Below, one piece after another: positions 34,401 through 36,813 of a stretch of 64,000 bases of DNA. The stretch is from NCBI GenBank assembly GCA_043819795.1, contig JBDREN010000218.1, forward strand, positions 1 to 64,000, given 5' to 3'. The position numbers and the translations under genes are program-made. The first letter of the stretch is position 1, and every line of letters starts with the position of its first letter. The notes below the pieces were generated by a model, which ran no database searches, was not told the DNA's origin, and saw nothing but the letters and a program-made list of their open reading frames with translations. This DNA comes from Elusimicrobiota bacterium (GTDB taxonomy: Bacteria; Elusimicrobiota; Elusimicrobia; UBA1565).

Positions 34401-36813
34401 GACCTACGACATCGGCGCCACGGCGGTGAAGAACGACTACGTCTCCGTCCACATCCTCGACAGGTCCTGGATCACCGTCAGCGATCCCAACGACGTGTCC
34501 GGCACCCACTACGTGGACGTCGAGAAGGGCGCGGCGCAGGGAGTGAGGTCCGCGGTCTTCCCGTTCACCGGCAAGGACGTGTTCATCGCGCCGCTGACCA
34601 TGAAGGTCAAGGCGCGGAACATCGCCCCCTCGGCCTCGACCGGCCGACAGACGAACACGGCGCTCGAGCAGCTGACTTTCTCGGTCAACTCGGACTTCGT
34701 GCGCATCGCCCGGGTGAAGCTCACCCAGCTGGGCACGGGCGCGCCGGGGAGCGCGGCGGGCAACGGAGACGCCCGCCGCGTGAGCCTGTGGCTCGACGAC
34801 GGCAACCGCGCCTTCACGCCGAAGACCGACGAGATGATCGGGGAGGCGCGCCACAACGCGTTCCCGGGCGGCACGCCGGACTTCTTCGACGGCACGGCGA
34901 GCCTGGATATCACGGTCGGCGGGATCCCGTACCTGACGGTGACGACCGCCCCGGTCAACGTGTTCGTGGCCGTGGACATGTCGAGCTTCGACTCGACCGG
35001 GAACATGACGATCGGCCACGACCTGGGATTCTCGCTCGAGGCGTTCGGGGACATGTTCGGGCCGAACGACGCGGAGCTGACGGCCGTCTCGGACGACGCC
35101 AACAAAGAGTACCTGCCCGCGCGCTCGAGCTTGGTGAGGATCTCGACGGCGATCATCCGGCTTTCGAACGACATACCGCCCATCACCATCGCCCCGAACG
35201 GGTATCCCGCGTTCGCCCTGCTCGACGGCGGCGGCAACGTCATTTTCTCGACGGCCACGGGCCGGCCCCTGATCGACGAGAGCAGGTGGATATGGGTCTC
35301 CCGGCCCGCGGCTTTCAGCCTCGACGCGTTCGAGCCCCTGCTCGACCTCGACGGCGACGGCGTCCCCGACAACTACGACTTCCTCGGGACGGGAAGGAAA
35401 GACCAGCTCAGCCTGGGCGGGACCCAGTCGCCCTCGATGGACGTGGACGGCGACGGCCTGCTCGATCTCGACATCAACATGGACGGCATCCCCGATATCG
35501 TCCAGGACGACGGGGAGGGCAACCTCGTCTACTTCCTGGTGGACGAGAACGGGGACGCCGAGCCGGTCTCGGACCAGGGCATGGCGCTCTGCGCGTGGAA
35601 TTCGGACAGCCAGAGGATCGCGATCTCATGGCCGGCGCCGTCCTCCACGGCGAGCATCACCGGCTACCAGGTCGCGGTGGGCATGAGCTTCGCGAACCAC
35701 ACCTCCTTAATGGGCTGGATGTCCTTCGAGGGCGCCGTCACCTCGGCCACGGTCACGGGCCTGTCATTGCCGATCCCGAAAGTGACGCACCTGGCGGAAT
35801 CGTTCGGCGTGGACGACGAATCCCTCTTCGTCGATAGCACCCTCGAGCTGCCCGAAACCGGGAGGATCGTCGTGGGCTCCGAGATCATCGGCGTCACGAG
35901 GGTGAGCGGCACCGAGCTGCGGGTCGTCGCCGGCCAGCCCACCTGCCCGGTCGGATCGGGGCGCGGCTGCGGCGGATCCTTGCCGCAGGCGCACATGTCC
36001 GGAGAGCTCGCCAGCGACCTCGTGGCCCTGGTCTCGGTCCGCGCCTACTCCAGCCCGGCGGGGGCCACCCCCGCGGGCTTCATCCCTTCGGAGACCGGGC
36101 GGCCTCTTGTCGTGTACCGCATCGACACCACCCCGCCCGCGGCTCCCGCCGGGATCGCGCCCCAGGTGCCGCCGGGCGCGGGGGCCGGGGAGAGCTTCGT
36201 GGTTACGTGGTCGCCGGCCGAGGACAAGCAGTCGGGCCTCATGGGCTACGAGGTCCAGGAGCGCTCCGACACCGACCCGGTATGGAAGACGCTCGGCATG
36301 ATCCCCGCGGTCAAGGTCGGCGGGGTGGTCAACAACAGCTACCACGTCGGCAACGCCTCGAGCATCCCGTGGGAGAAGAGGCGCGAGAGCGGGCAGTTCC
36401 TGAGCTACCGCGTGCGCGCCTACAACCACGCGGGCCTCCCGTCGTCGTGGTCGAGCCCGTCGGAGTCCGTCCCCACGGCCCTGTCGAACGTCGTGATCTC
36501 CAACGTGTCGAACTACCCGAACCCGTTCGACAGCCGGAAGGGAGGCCCGGAGGGACGGACCGTCATCACCTACACGCTGGGCGCGTCCGCCGACGTTGAG
36601 ATCGTGATCTACGACCCGCTCGGCTACGTGGTCCGGAGCTTCGATTTCGGCCCGGAGACCGAGGGCGGCAAGGCCGGCCCGAACTACGTGACCTGGGACG
36701 GGAGGAACGGGATGGGCCGGTACGTGTCGAAGGGCGGATACATCGCCAGGATCAAGGTGGGGTCCACGCTCGGCACGGCCACCATCATCCGCAAGATCGG
36801 CGTGATCCATTAG
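1..36813 (+). CDS. Giant repetitive surface protein/adhesin (5'-truncated, >12,270 aa) with Ig-like repeats, DxDxDG Ca-binding motifs, an Fn3-like region and a T9SS/FlgD-type C-terminal sorting domain
   Basis: Frame +1 is open from base 1 (ALSAAYANGVSYAVFARVRDAAGNW, matching the internal repeat ALNTAFSNGVSYAVFLRVRDGAGNW), so the true start lies upstream of the window. No stop occurs until TAG 36811-36813. Repeated 'D..P.S.I..P...GTA.D...YW.G..W...Y.V..RA.D.AGN' modules. C-terminus NYPNPF...TVITYTL...IYDPLGYVVR...VTWDGRNGMG.YVSKGGYIARI. Confidence 0.95.
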   Translation, partial: ALSAAYANGVSYAVFARVRDAAGNWTGDVSDYNSPGVIRKNFVYDDILPASGIEAPSQGAYNETLTVLSGTAADIGAGSSGVALVKVAVRKGVSWWNFTDDSGFTLTSADEIGGGAWGEAVLAQDDPVRCLSGTGNYCWTLAFSTSRYVAGLDYQVVARAQDEATNIVDTAPGGGDGFTFRFDNLEPVVKSTGPADGAYVNAAALGALAGTADDAATGNSGLQTVEVLLKIETLEATWKGTYVGTFAGDWETGSPAKYAQWQAVSGGLSQWARAFPSLGDLDSRRFRLWARTTDGAGNQTAAPSDAQINDDQDPDSGPAWSFTYDNSAPVSVPTYPPALTTFVPTHIEGTAEESFPDRQPSGINQLFLRYKRSSGEFWNLMSGAWGAEQLLSPVGWDSNISPWAFAGLPPAAFSEGYRYWVNSSATDVAGNEETAFSTHTFIVDRTTPVAKVTFPAHNGFAGAGELSIQGTADDMYCALVAGSCPGAGGRDFQAGIEPSSVTIALQDLTYPSTWWNGAAWQDSAGPIWSTAAFVGDSSGTWTYPLPAGTLEDLKTYEIAARAKDRAGFQQVVIASNAFSGDFSGPSSVVTFPPHGTEQEYINQIQGTALDVGAAGIDTVYVAYYRGVSGKWWNKSTMEFTLDSDAQDKPIDPPGPGSNYWVAASTDNQSPVNWSVTGVSTPAYVSGQSYHALVAAVDKGLNLESRPSAAVADTNRVEFTYTAPKPTSRIQAPAGDGHFVPLQAMLSGTANDLSTGEEVRVKDITNADSHLVWDAFNWVSTAAFNGFLTAGYTDNGQGNDDFWNYTVPPGSWTVNGAFRKFQLEARATGVPTESPPQGPVAFFVDDASPQGAVTMPDKSHKNSLAALSGTATDNADGDPTSDKRVYFRLKRNEDGNYWDHLAADFAATAVNCVSATDDTCASGTDLGGGAFRVTHAKFSDGTAFDADKLYTVELVIKDKAGNYVTLTKSFTWDLAAPAAGIVEPSGAQPINALSALTGTAFDFHSMFHSSVSLRSVAKDKCYNGSGAFNRICPYWLATSSDASANWTYTDAFLNTTLSAVNTHYVLLVKAIDTARNEQAGFTAGVSSRTFLFDSAPPSAGLTFPADGGYYQSGGVSGVANPISGTAVDPNAPWAAGMRRVDIRISYLSGGDTYYWLPGPQVFSSGTVADNGYFDTGAETFPWDYSSPVGWLAVDTRYKAEVRGEDGSYLADGTEPGNRSVPATPGKDVATFVIDDTEPAMAVQEPADTAIKTLATISGTANADLSGLDKVEVRLRRIAGGAGDEDWTGSSWTALNDHYSTATVSGVSGEVTWEYDDILGALQNDEEYRLYVRVTDRSGNERTPPAGGDLQFVYDDSSPAAAITRPPAPLPAPDPPPYSNAGVSTRKLDAANPISGTASEAAGAQQSGLDEIWVAISSGSGASRMWWSTSTLSFGVGPQAQIHWSSRVVTGAAWSYGDAALNTAFSNGVSYAVFLRVRDGAGNWIGDVANYNSPGVLTKNFRYDDAVPDAAIEAPSQAAHRETLTVLSGTAADVGPGNSGADLVKVAVRDVGADRWWDFGENDAFDLATAEIDGPAWGLATLAQNDPARCQSGTGSYCWTLAFSTSRYVASFQYQVVARAQDEATNILATDPGGGEGFTFRFDNLAPVVKSTGPPDNAYVNAAGLGALAGTSDDSLTGDSGVQTVEVLLKLESLEATWKGSYVGTYYGDWDDDPGTKYTRWHTVGGGVAEWSKAFPGLGDMDSRRLRLWVRAADAAGNQTATPSDAQIGDDENADSSPAWTFTYDNSPPVSAADYPPPLTAYVPTYVGGTAQESLPAREPSGINQMRLKLKRSDNKFWSLVNSDWDGSDSFAPQSWDSNVSPWAFTGFSGDTFEDGYKYWVNSSAVDVAGNEETAFSTYTFIVDYTSPTAVVTVPADGGFAGAGAIAVSGTADDRYCALVAGSCPGAGGRDYQAGIAPSSVTIALKDLTYPSTWWNGAAWQESAGPIWSTGTFVGDSSGTWAYLLAGGALEDLKTYEIAARGRDRGGLRQVVITSNTFSADFSPPESVVTFPTHGSEPESIAQVEGTTADVGAAGILRVYVAYYRNASGQWWNKATKEFDLPSDGSGKPVDPPGAGSNYWVEASTDAQSPVNWSVTGVSTPAFVTAQAYHILAAAVDKGLTPEARPSAAVIDTNRVEFTFTAPEPASRILEPDSEDHFIALQVTLSGTANDLSTGEEVRVKDITDAGSHLVWDAFHWVSTAAFPGFLSCDYVDNGPGYDNEWSYTVPSDSWTVNGAFRKFQLEARATGTPTEGPPRGPVAFFVDAVPPLGGITMPDKSYKNSLAALSGTATDNADGEPSSDKKVYFRVKRNEDGLYWSYTAKRFAATAVNCVNVADATCGPGTDLGGNSFEVTHASFTDGTAFEPGKLYTAELVVRDKARNSVTPAKPFTWDVAAPAAGIVEPSGAQPINALSALTGTAFDFHSMFHSSVSLRSVAKGQCYNGAGAFNRICPYWLATSSDASANWTYTDANLNTSLSAVNTYYVLLVKAIDTAGNEQAGFTAGVSSRTFLFDTAPPDVSFTFPAHGGYYKSGEISGVANPISGTAVDPNAPWASGIRNEDGVEIRISHLSGGDTYYWLPGPAMFSSGTVPNNGYFDTGTELFLPWDYSSPVGWLSADTQYKVEARGQDASYPADGAEEGNWSAPSTLGGDIRTFIIDDTAPTVALQEPADTAIKTLATISGTANADLSGIDKVEVRLRRIAGGAGDEDWTGSSWTALNDHYSTATVSGVSGEVTWEYDDIGGALQNDEEYRLYVRVTDRSGNERTPPAGGDLQFAYDDALPTAAITRPPAPLPAPGPPPYSNAGVSTRKLDAANPISGTASEAAGAQQSGLEEIWVAISSGSGGATMWWSTSTLSFSVGPQVQIHWSSRVVTGAAWSYSDPALNTAFSNGVSYAVFLRVGDGAGNWTGDVINYNSPGVITQNFVFDDVAPDAVVEAPNQLNHNETLTVLSGTAADAGQGGSGVDKVKVAVREGSFWWNFNDNLGFTVASPDVGGDAWGEAVLFQDDSPRCLTNTDNYCWSLAFSTSRYVASFQYQVVARAQDEATNILDTPPGGGEGFTFRFDNLAPVVVATAPADNAYLNAATLGALAGTADDAARGGSGMQTVEVMLKLETIEATWKGSYVGTYDGDWDDDPGTKYTQWQPVGGLTEWSKALPGLGDVDSRRLRLWVRAADAAVNRTPTPSDAQIDDDKDPDSSPARTFTYDNSPPVSAPDFPPRYVSYIPTYIGGMAEEAFPTREPSGINQMRLKLKRSDGNFWSLLNWNWFGSDSFARQSWDSNISPWAFTGFPLAEPRAFQDGYEYTVNSSAIDVALNVETAFSTHTFIVDLTTPAARVVFPPDGGFANAELTEITGTADDRYCELVAGSCPGAAGRDFQAGMDVSSVAVTIQEIDGANDYYWNGSAFSSAEPVWSAAGFAGDSSGTWSYAFSAANLTSPREYNVSARAKDRAGNLQISVTTITFLYDVSAPVSLATAPVGVVDGIPGIVGTASDAAPGDMNVVSLRIYEAECEDPDGICNTLKYWNGYAWQPDEVWLDSATITGDLSGGSCDAGETCAFRFDASGVKWDNQSTFTVTAAAVDLAGNREATHPVVDITFKLETPEATFAMAQPGAPDDRHYKSSALGINTIQGTGTNMRVPVEGHGARIALRRLREPTSYWFDGTASWVNDASTFTPVNIVDGGPQSLSKSLSSPYVVDNASYTLTVTPINAANQPGVVRSRRFIVDDTMPLGQITSPLPSVCAGFQACLNGLPILAGTATDPGTPKPPTISQPAIQIRFKNNKDETYWDPDAVAFSAGITQFQPGGFINPGGAAPVFSWSTTTLVGPALRDGIDYTVLAHAADLAGNDESDENLMARFTFLYDTGTPTGFLVRPSSGHVYLNLSQITGTSSDPDGVYNTQKSGVDRVEIEIRDEELDTCWSEADEKFLACPHFEPATDVDPWIYAHASLTGTLKNGKRYVIRARAVDAAGNAQAAFLVPASSRTISVDKTPPSGAIAKPVAGEAYLPGELTGGNALLGTASDPEAFLYPGQDALDAVEIVLWYLDGGTSHYYTGVTQPDLTKFSSDTTETAEWFADFSASTASWRFFFDGDDWISDKRYFVKVRARDKARDAGETIVGNLSSVFTPGVSLVDFIVDVTTPEAQVTQPAHGAFIQNLDNVQGTANADLAGADQYFLRITTGPVGAEGWWDGSAWSTTPTDLPVEVLGSSGSMVWRYPGNLLGQNAPTVVEAEGTPYGISIQVRDRAGTLSAGATTVVNLDRIGPIVSISTPLAAPGNYYGPARDLTALRGNTSDSPAGVERVEVEVRNLDDVTFWHVGSSAWVGVSSYSVANATNPWILPAPAWVANKSYKLVVRGFDTAGNPSPSSVERNFRYDVNKPSSSILAPSAALYPAGEPATLSGTAEDWVSGAPESMSGLLRVEIAVQEPDSDYWQGTSGAGGFQPVESWRTADLSGSNWSYPYGGDTIPPWEHGVAYTVRVRAVDRSLNVESPDQSFTFTYDAVSPTTTVTVPSFGEYAQGISTFTGTMEDQYGMASVRLVIRRLGKYWDGASFSDNATWLDAEQYSSTWSYHDPNLAAYFQTLVNPLEFTIFVAGTDAAGNVNRSTTTAPNPPGEDGALTIDHFIPVSSITLPAAAYIQGSVNPIEGTAMDENGGSGMIGLVSVKLKAARIDNAGTVRWHDGGISGFADVAQSDFNIGLKSFLGGFPGGVPAQWVADDGALQEFHFEDGYRYELSAQARDTSNPANVEVAVTTFSFIVDRSTPTAAFVTPAGSQVFVSTRSLRLSSGTHAEVFVGGNVVSSVTAVELQLEDVSGRGPGGELYWDAATAAWEALPAQSTAALHASSWTFAGLPADWTHGDACSPQCADGRTYKLRVRAVDVAGNEGAFPASPQTATVDVIVDVTSPHSGITEPSVPDGAVASSLSSITGTADDVYVGASTASRVNAVYLSIQGITASSGCNAGNYWDESLQDFRPGDPVWNPVDFNPASGIWKFESAAIGAILGIDCAYVVISSATDRAGNAQKNLQGAADPGLNIARRRWIFQPPPPITSILFPNPEAYNKLTSFNGFINEHTVKVDVQVKRADTGECWGGTMGMGWVDCAVDVSTAVRVAKLEGALWVYPPPTESIPPLINNTTFTMSIRGWNAANIPEAWPGFAQTVTYQVDRSSPSSSVLYPTPASFVNTPPTLSGSVTDPVIAGVSAGIRDPNGIQVRIQRSDGQFWDELNREWGGSPVFSMAAYIEAADSFQFATAVASMVWINGLSYAVQSQGVDAAAGGVSGNTEVPGAAVAFTYDTAIPTATVVSLAAGTTYAALSASGTVIDDLIGEYTLDDMLDYVELVVKDHGTPSLPVVRHWNGSSWEFVFRATRTAMSGGDWAYDHLPPLENAHLYTLYVSAHDKAGNAQGQANYALNNSSITFYVDLSTPVIRLTDPPSGDYFTNGLGIVTGRIDDPNPGVNAGISGAANVLVQAKYIDGGTTFYFNNSSFTDVCALCNETDSWFAPVGFALEGPSSGTWSFSNVNLGSGWVEDRTYVISARGIDNATPAGNQAPSGPVRLHNVVYDITPAAAATASPADRSPQRAVPAMSGGATDNYSGVASVGLVISYLDGGTTYYWDKDAGPPSFTTTYNSTNAVVAAPGALSTAWSYDASGIAQWNDHSVLGREYRIYAFASDRSGNTQVSGSTVTFYLDNTPPVGAIGRPPAAAEVFGGNNYYSPAAGVPGDPSGNAVDPIQGTGADTAYPPGYPAAVPSLVELRVGDWDDLYWDGTSWVGSPDTWLVMGGTTSWAWDSAIVSTPTVELGYPAGWDDNNKMTVDLRVTDLVGNVFYSTAAAASETFIWDAGLPAVYISTPATVSVRTLPAIAGTADDPLDTSEGELDSGIEAVRVSVRRNATYRWWDGANFAISQTIHDNSGTGWFAAATGVEVSTSDWTWDSSAVMDKMIPGEQYSINVRAQDHANNFSAPVATFTFFYDDVPPSVGLTAPRSQANLTISQLPVISGTASDNVSLDRVELRLSRLLEGASAYWTPGVFTGDEGTKFASVAGSAWFPAGGTVIWSTGTFPNGFFLNSVVYSVHARSFDKADNESPLSIATFTFTTELPRTYVVEPSTYGLSAIPTISGTGTDDNAIVSTVSVAVQRLGDGAYFNGTGFAAAPSIFWIIAKQDCGFPCSWQYSNLGNLTPGLEYHVMSISSNTAGKVEEFGAGNAGTGRDFVFVYDTLEPASEVTEPGDGAVLKAVAQITGTASDQDPGAGIPGVSGVRVSIREIGPGQGAYWDGASTFTLATESFWPVDTLVPTGGNNYSWVIAASLPTFATGRTYQVRVKATDGALPAANAQSVEGEMAFNYETTESSVAVTFPASAGAYNALNTIAGTAEDIFGVKGVSITIRQKGALYWDGSDYTSASPLLFAATLVDTGDGENFDWSFSSGTFNFSDDTNYVIGVRAEANSTIVKAGQSVEFTFDTTRPTSDVTHPDRANRPESANDVGFYLNELAQISGTADDSEGTNANASHAFDVRVKIREVATGKYWNGTGFLDTAEVWVPTDLSGSPYPDQFEQTSGLPPAHKLSTGAVYEMQSRVLDAASNLQDPLLPGATFTFDPVPPVVSLQVPINDIVESSSPFKYCSPSNYCDALSAIAGTASDNFNVRLVEYRIKSQLGKYWNSSNGQFESDAGLWTVAVGSASQSGSFAWTSSSVPAFARQEYVISARSFDAAGNVLTYSTATFVNDDQMPASISTSIVNGSTIPALGAIFGTATDGGSPIVGGEIASRVEKVLFRIGRISDGNCWNWFGDWQDPSCAFQEDATILAGSAPDYAWSIDVVAGNLPPDNKFQTGERYFVNTRAVDKAENEEIAISTVQFTFDNTPPQTGVSTPAPGGFYQPGGLSNLRGTASDAPAGVAGVGITMQDGRTGLWFDIGQGTFSLAGQPSPVPVSSLGPPWGRNITDVQSVFVDGHPYKIRVIGTDSVGNVQSMSATPMDTFVVDKTTAAATIGTNTPRGDGETELDTVGLLGKAFDQLPPTDGVEMSSVAASTDIYLEIRQTETFSNTTPQAEDSYWNGAEFIASTMTSSAICVSVAPPTPADCRWLPVSSYDQIGLDWTYSALGSGGTLWPRGKVYFVRARVRDRAGNIAVVTDPGIPAYKFKVASPAESFQVELFESYPPFTAGTSFKMKVTALDDLGNVAADYGEDVRFLSLDLGAPESANGITFPAHYSFKPEDNGAHVFPVVTLDMAGIREIRVEQVDNAAITGSTGGVVVNPGPADRVLLVLPGQVRAPGTPTGRNGTVSVSTAGVPFSAALYVTDGKYNIVASSAPVGITISHDDPAADPMAPGAWSNGTMSVPVTLKTKRGAFAVPGPTAKTWITVSGAGEMGPHNGETVAVQPNPGSSQKNLVLLLPGESLASGIPGGKTADVPLEQEAGSTFTVTVHAADEFFNPYEPFQAQEPEAWLELGTPYGSPGSTRALTRGATTYDVVVLEASTQSVIAARTDAALYVDDSATLAVSPAFTDQGPWSLQLLLPGMDAEPGSPAGFTGSPSALTVGTTYSALVNLVDIYYNVIFGPTSHISEAFVIYPNVRLEFSDPNVSSRGLVPLDVSLIDGTRSIDFSLPTRTAPPALPLQVIAAKDTNAQYSSSTVSGLLVYPAVPTRLQLLLNGEAAHEGSPAGKTGAPVAFTAGVPSLATVRATDDYWNRTTDGRSVGLAVSDVYASTPTATPLLQGERSLFLTLRTATSTLTVAAFDADTQGTKLATSTAAGLRVNPGGFVKLLALLPDEVHTPGKPPYDTGTSGGRTVLASTTVPAGTPFTFTVRGVDSQWNTVDVDVPVSMFASDPAAVIPEPELALEDGTTAFTYTPVTVGAHTAGAAAAGVESSTSSVFNAGGPTLLLLVEGETHDPDEPDGRAGVPDRDPAQPGVQSFVAGSTFSVTVRLVDSAFNAIPLGVPTTLRFTSDDPYAVLPAPDPALDAGGESVFEITLASATALAGGTTIWVETVGNPNIGASTSTPVLVEPNAPARLLLLAGGMSLDKGSPGGSTGSPVSATAGVDYPVRVYVTDAYHNPVLCSEYDASPPPPDCVQPTITLQVSDPNVADVTALSIEGGSRTVGFSFRSNTFVDPLGGPWDIVAVDDAQSLSSSTVSGVAVSPGVPYQYQVLVPTETMRPGEVASGGKSMEAAVGQLAGSTFSVTVNLVDRFFNRAQGVDATFRLSSDDPNDALAELFGTTATVNGRRVLDAYLVTQSTVAGWTITASTGSGEGFLAGESSRFQVHPSTASKMVILLEGQQQADGVGLSGNPVAQTAGVLVTVRVLAVDPGFNRTPNINKTNIRLQSNDPFVQSPWTLTMTDGVAVASATLRTAGIRSFTVVDASFSSPLLAGVTSSTFTVVPNFPTRLRVLLPGESELAGDTGDGRAGTAQDQPAGSTVTLTVQIADAFWNLTPGASQQVRIVPTDPFATVLPSTLTVVGTSLVDVIFKKAESNQIRAEMLYNPAPWGPAVAVDTSTVVQVTPGSVASLLLIIDGEAFDQGSPTGKTGSVRADLRAGDTFYATVGIVDKYFNLVPGHLEQQGEGLVAPTVRLKMPPGFPFTLESPNTTINPDTGKTDTLALPSVLRAAATWHQLIAESLSGVPSESRYSSTFTINADAGYGFQLLLPGETNIGGQGIYPDGGKAGTISTQTAGTPFMATVNLVDRYNNVVPNPLGQYDPRVWVEPNDPFALASTTSPIDAGSRQFTMTLVTKSTSTVLHVESRGQPSDDDCGLSGTEACLVLAPAGVSRPFKVFTSTAVRLQVLLAGETAVGGKCDDIAVCKLIPFGETPGKAGAPAPFAMTDPPTPFSVTVNVVDAYYNRATKKTGPLQDSNPVVVDPTVAVFLPADPDSTTDPPAVLIDGSWTFSSLLPRLALSTYTVVVATTSASPASYDTATSAEFIVYPAPAHHLEFTNYPSTESAGSPFSVTLTAYDRFDNVLSTGPNVYLSTVTLSAEPFDPPQSPVFDPVNVVFGPGDRGVRSLGDAFILKRAGLRWVKGTQATDSTINTEVPGFSVRPEIFIEPGAAGAVTVAPGPTSSIIEWRAGSTLQPGIRSFTGQLSDSFNNPVISSSPVFIDVVDVVGSTGTLVYEFGGEWVDIGRSTVVFTDDEGRIGNNGDLDNVNFKLGYQVSSAAGDSARVWIGTSPAASNLTPFILNQRSLSGTLRTIGGVPSELILVSTTAIGTVYGAAGPTALFTVQRRDDFGNPTDQGVTTILLTLPSEQGQTHAAAAFKPAVANTTDGDYGFMRPNSPYRYVEAVTIPDGAEEVSFRYRDKMSSYAGVDPAGNSGEGNRPGYWTLELVPTDLSINSIRFDIQMDPRPPKQFGFGNATNNQVASDVYDLTGNELASFRVQIQDDFRNPVISTFPWTVRLSTVARLASGYFDAFAFSASSEMADVAVFKSTTGAVVVEALAYETTFFYLDTRASGNYPEDFPYPTGFSTAPVLGVTDPLGLLISSAQHVNVQADLINRISVRPLSEPQLLAGTTSQAAYFEVQDFFGNPSPLLDGDHDAGTDPKTLSFFIVSNSGGDTQFASPDPTGFTASTGVAKLRVGESATSFYLIDTLVGPTTWQLTADTLYKDPPWAMTVGTYTVRPGQPVQAGFTSLQRYLIAGTTVQLSTHTGTSIDSYIEVSLFDEFGNVTVSTWASHTVFVNSQNSPTTRADADKTKPLGGAWATIGPTDPAFAPKIPAYSPRARFYIWDTKVGAVTLQARIVRQDGVAMPMVVQDAEITPAEADYITIHHPFTAFNPLKVNEGGVLSRGFPGGKTLGVVLRDKFGNIASGHPINKQYFEGLVEFATSGSTATVALDDLFASTDVPNAHWFRGEADATPGLFNGLDVRDSIVEELRVYATAQARPWVHGRTDDVTRTFNDPDWTPTQFSDGDVFVAGIVIFPTDLAPEADAVGNVTTLKQQLGQDRPVIRQGDGVTKPPAVHMMRLTTRILPSSATFLSTNLAGLKVQKIGQLAPGHVHELGLWVDEDGDGGYDPAFDVFLGSGALDGTVWNFGDELYGLTPLDVLDATRTLITTEPRDFFLTLSMETVGYEDDELPSSLGLSIQSPSAVRLATGTPVGVASNNFIMKTATSPVVREAARINVIGESIGAWWRATDDLGEPLPVSSYSYVDQGESRVGMLKLRLWTDNFLGTLGSLVVTHNGDGLDLDIQSVRLYVDAGSEGDPAAGNGVFQKQTDHEITDPNDPVTFDGRRAELVLDINDEGYNREQRTISPSTITYFVVLDFAPGASPDKYHGVSIALPGHVLPLAGNGDVLPFSAIISTHAWVRATADLAYVEDVNSLGIDEEGNPAGPVPGTITQADKDAPVAKLTLRTYEGSALWSGIKLDRWIHSSQMGGSLTMNNKVSDVDDVKVWVDVNDNGLLDAATDQVVSSLAGIIHPFPVGTLAIAISASDPSPIDVYVTNIADFFPEDDPFPLVPQRLVFNDDQTDESRKEVMICSDVDFSLNAWKTCLRAQGTPAQLSFSTGTLISGSARIPILGVGGGQTIDTTPRDYFVTFDVDPLATVSEQANLAVLIPNSDPAIGFRTTSYFLIGHPKDMHTANVGLPPAGKTLSPVTNVAAYADPVVVTATDTLDSQIGPYLQQQSTGAVLAFSMYTGVGDALWRWVIIRATGTSADIGNAGNDVDLVTLWRDSNSDGLFQTSEDEMLGAGTFGNSGSPLLARVNLSTPTRIFPVTEARESQRFFIAYLMSEDAETNDPVTQKARTIGATLLNTSFPQNNPTVDEPGANSISLPDSYSAASPLPFVGKMREMIPSRQTMYVKTTPMFSSSTGTFAAPRLGEDIIAAPPSGVVESYWIVSSTAGLPSGGPTTYMTVGEEIVRYESIARVEQLGTFFDALINVHRGELDTTPQAHSSGAVLAPQLEHGTLNDAVMRIEAWTSAFRVQWTGLRMQFDIPSGLNVRDEDVSAVRLWKSVDPPEAPAFHRDPATGLNETDDLLGEGSIVNGVVVIDIKDPSLAGADYTLVPTSPQTFYVTVDIDQASRFSHARLVPANETLGSYQPQDGDFSLGPAGAGHAAQLVEGLSSPVSPIIPTVNTVNVTMSRFSPNSAEQSQAYVPMVKITARTDQNIVRWERLRFDRVGAKGALDTDVTLVRVWKDGDGDGAFTEADRAADSEGVFLNMISAGDENFEAGSKEVLFRREVAVSTTPSVYFVTYDFSQFAGIGATHGLSIASTRYFTVQVPHAVAFSSPTFQTDPQVTVAEVASVATLGVWDTIFKTPVLQVGQAQPNVPFVRFNLATDIGTARWEKLRVERGGGSQDPEKLFGRNTNLAFVRIWKDINQDDVFDPALDLEISEARTLLKAPVASTDMVPFAMVVASTEGFPAAGQGRLYVGGAELMSFSGYGTALLSGTTYPTLTIVSRGDKLGDGPTPAITHDPGAPARKVNVFNQEDDQDRQIVVDLSVRQTIAPTPSVFFLTYDIGATAVKNDYVSVHILDRSWITVSDPNDVSGTHYVDVEKGAAQGVRSAVFPFTGKDVFIAPLTMKVKARNIAPSASTGRQTNTALEQLTFSVNSDFVRIARVKLTQLGTGAPGSAAGNGDARRVSLWLDDGNRAFTPKTDEMIGEARHNAFPGGTPDFFDGTASLDITVGGIPYLTVTTAPVNVFVAVDMSSFDSTGNMTIGHDLGFSLEAFGDMFGPNDAELTAVSDDANKEYLPARSSLVRISTAIIRLSNDIPPITIAPNGYPAFALLDGGGNVIFSTATGRPLIDESRWIWVSRPAAFSLDAFEPLLDLDGDGVPDNYDFLGTGRKDQLSLGGTQSPSMDVDGDGLLDLDINMDGIPDIVQDDGEGNLVYFLVDENGDAEPVSDQGMALCAWNSDSQRIAISWPAPSSTASITGYQVAVGMSFANHTSLMGWMSFEGAVTSATVTGLSLPIPKVTHLAESFGVDDESLFVDSTLELPETGRIVVGSEIIGVTRVSGTELRVVAGQPTCPVGSGRGCGGSLPQAHMSGELASDLVALVSVRAYSSPAGATPAGFIPSETGRPLVVYRIDTTPPAAPAGIAPQVPPGAGAGESFVVTWSPAEDKQSGLMGYEVQERSDTDPVWKTLGMIPAVKVGGVVNNSYHVGNASSIPWEKRRESGQFLSYRVRAYNHAGLPSSWSSPSESVPTALSNVVISNVSNYPNPFDSRKGGPEGRTVITYTLGASADVEIVIYDPLGYVVRSFDFGPETEGGKAGPNYVTWDGRNGMGRYVSKGGYIARIKVGSTLGTATIIRKIGVIH
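36499..36813 (+). other. C-terminal sorting domain (T9SS type-A CTD / FlgD Ig-like) of the giant protein
   Basis: Characteristic NYPNPF, 'I.Y.L', 'I.IYD..G..VR', 'WDG.N..G..V..G.Y' pattern at the extreme C-terminus. Confidence 0.8.
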
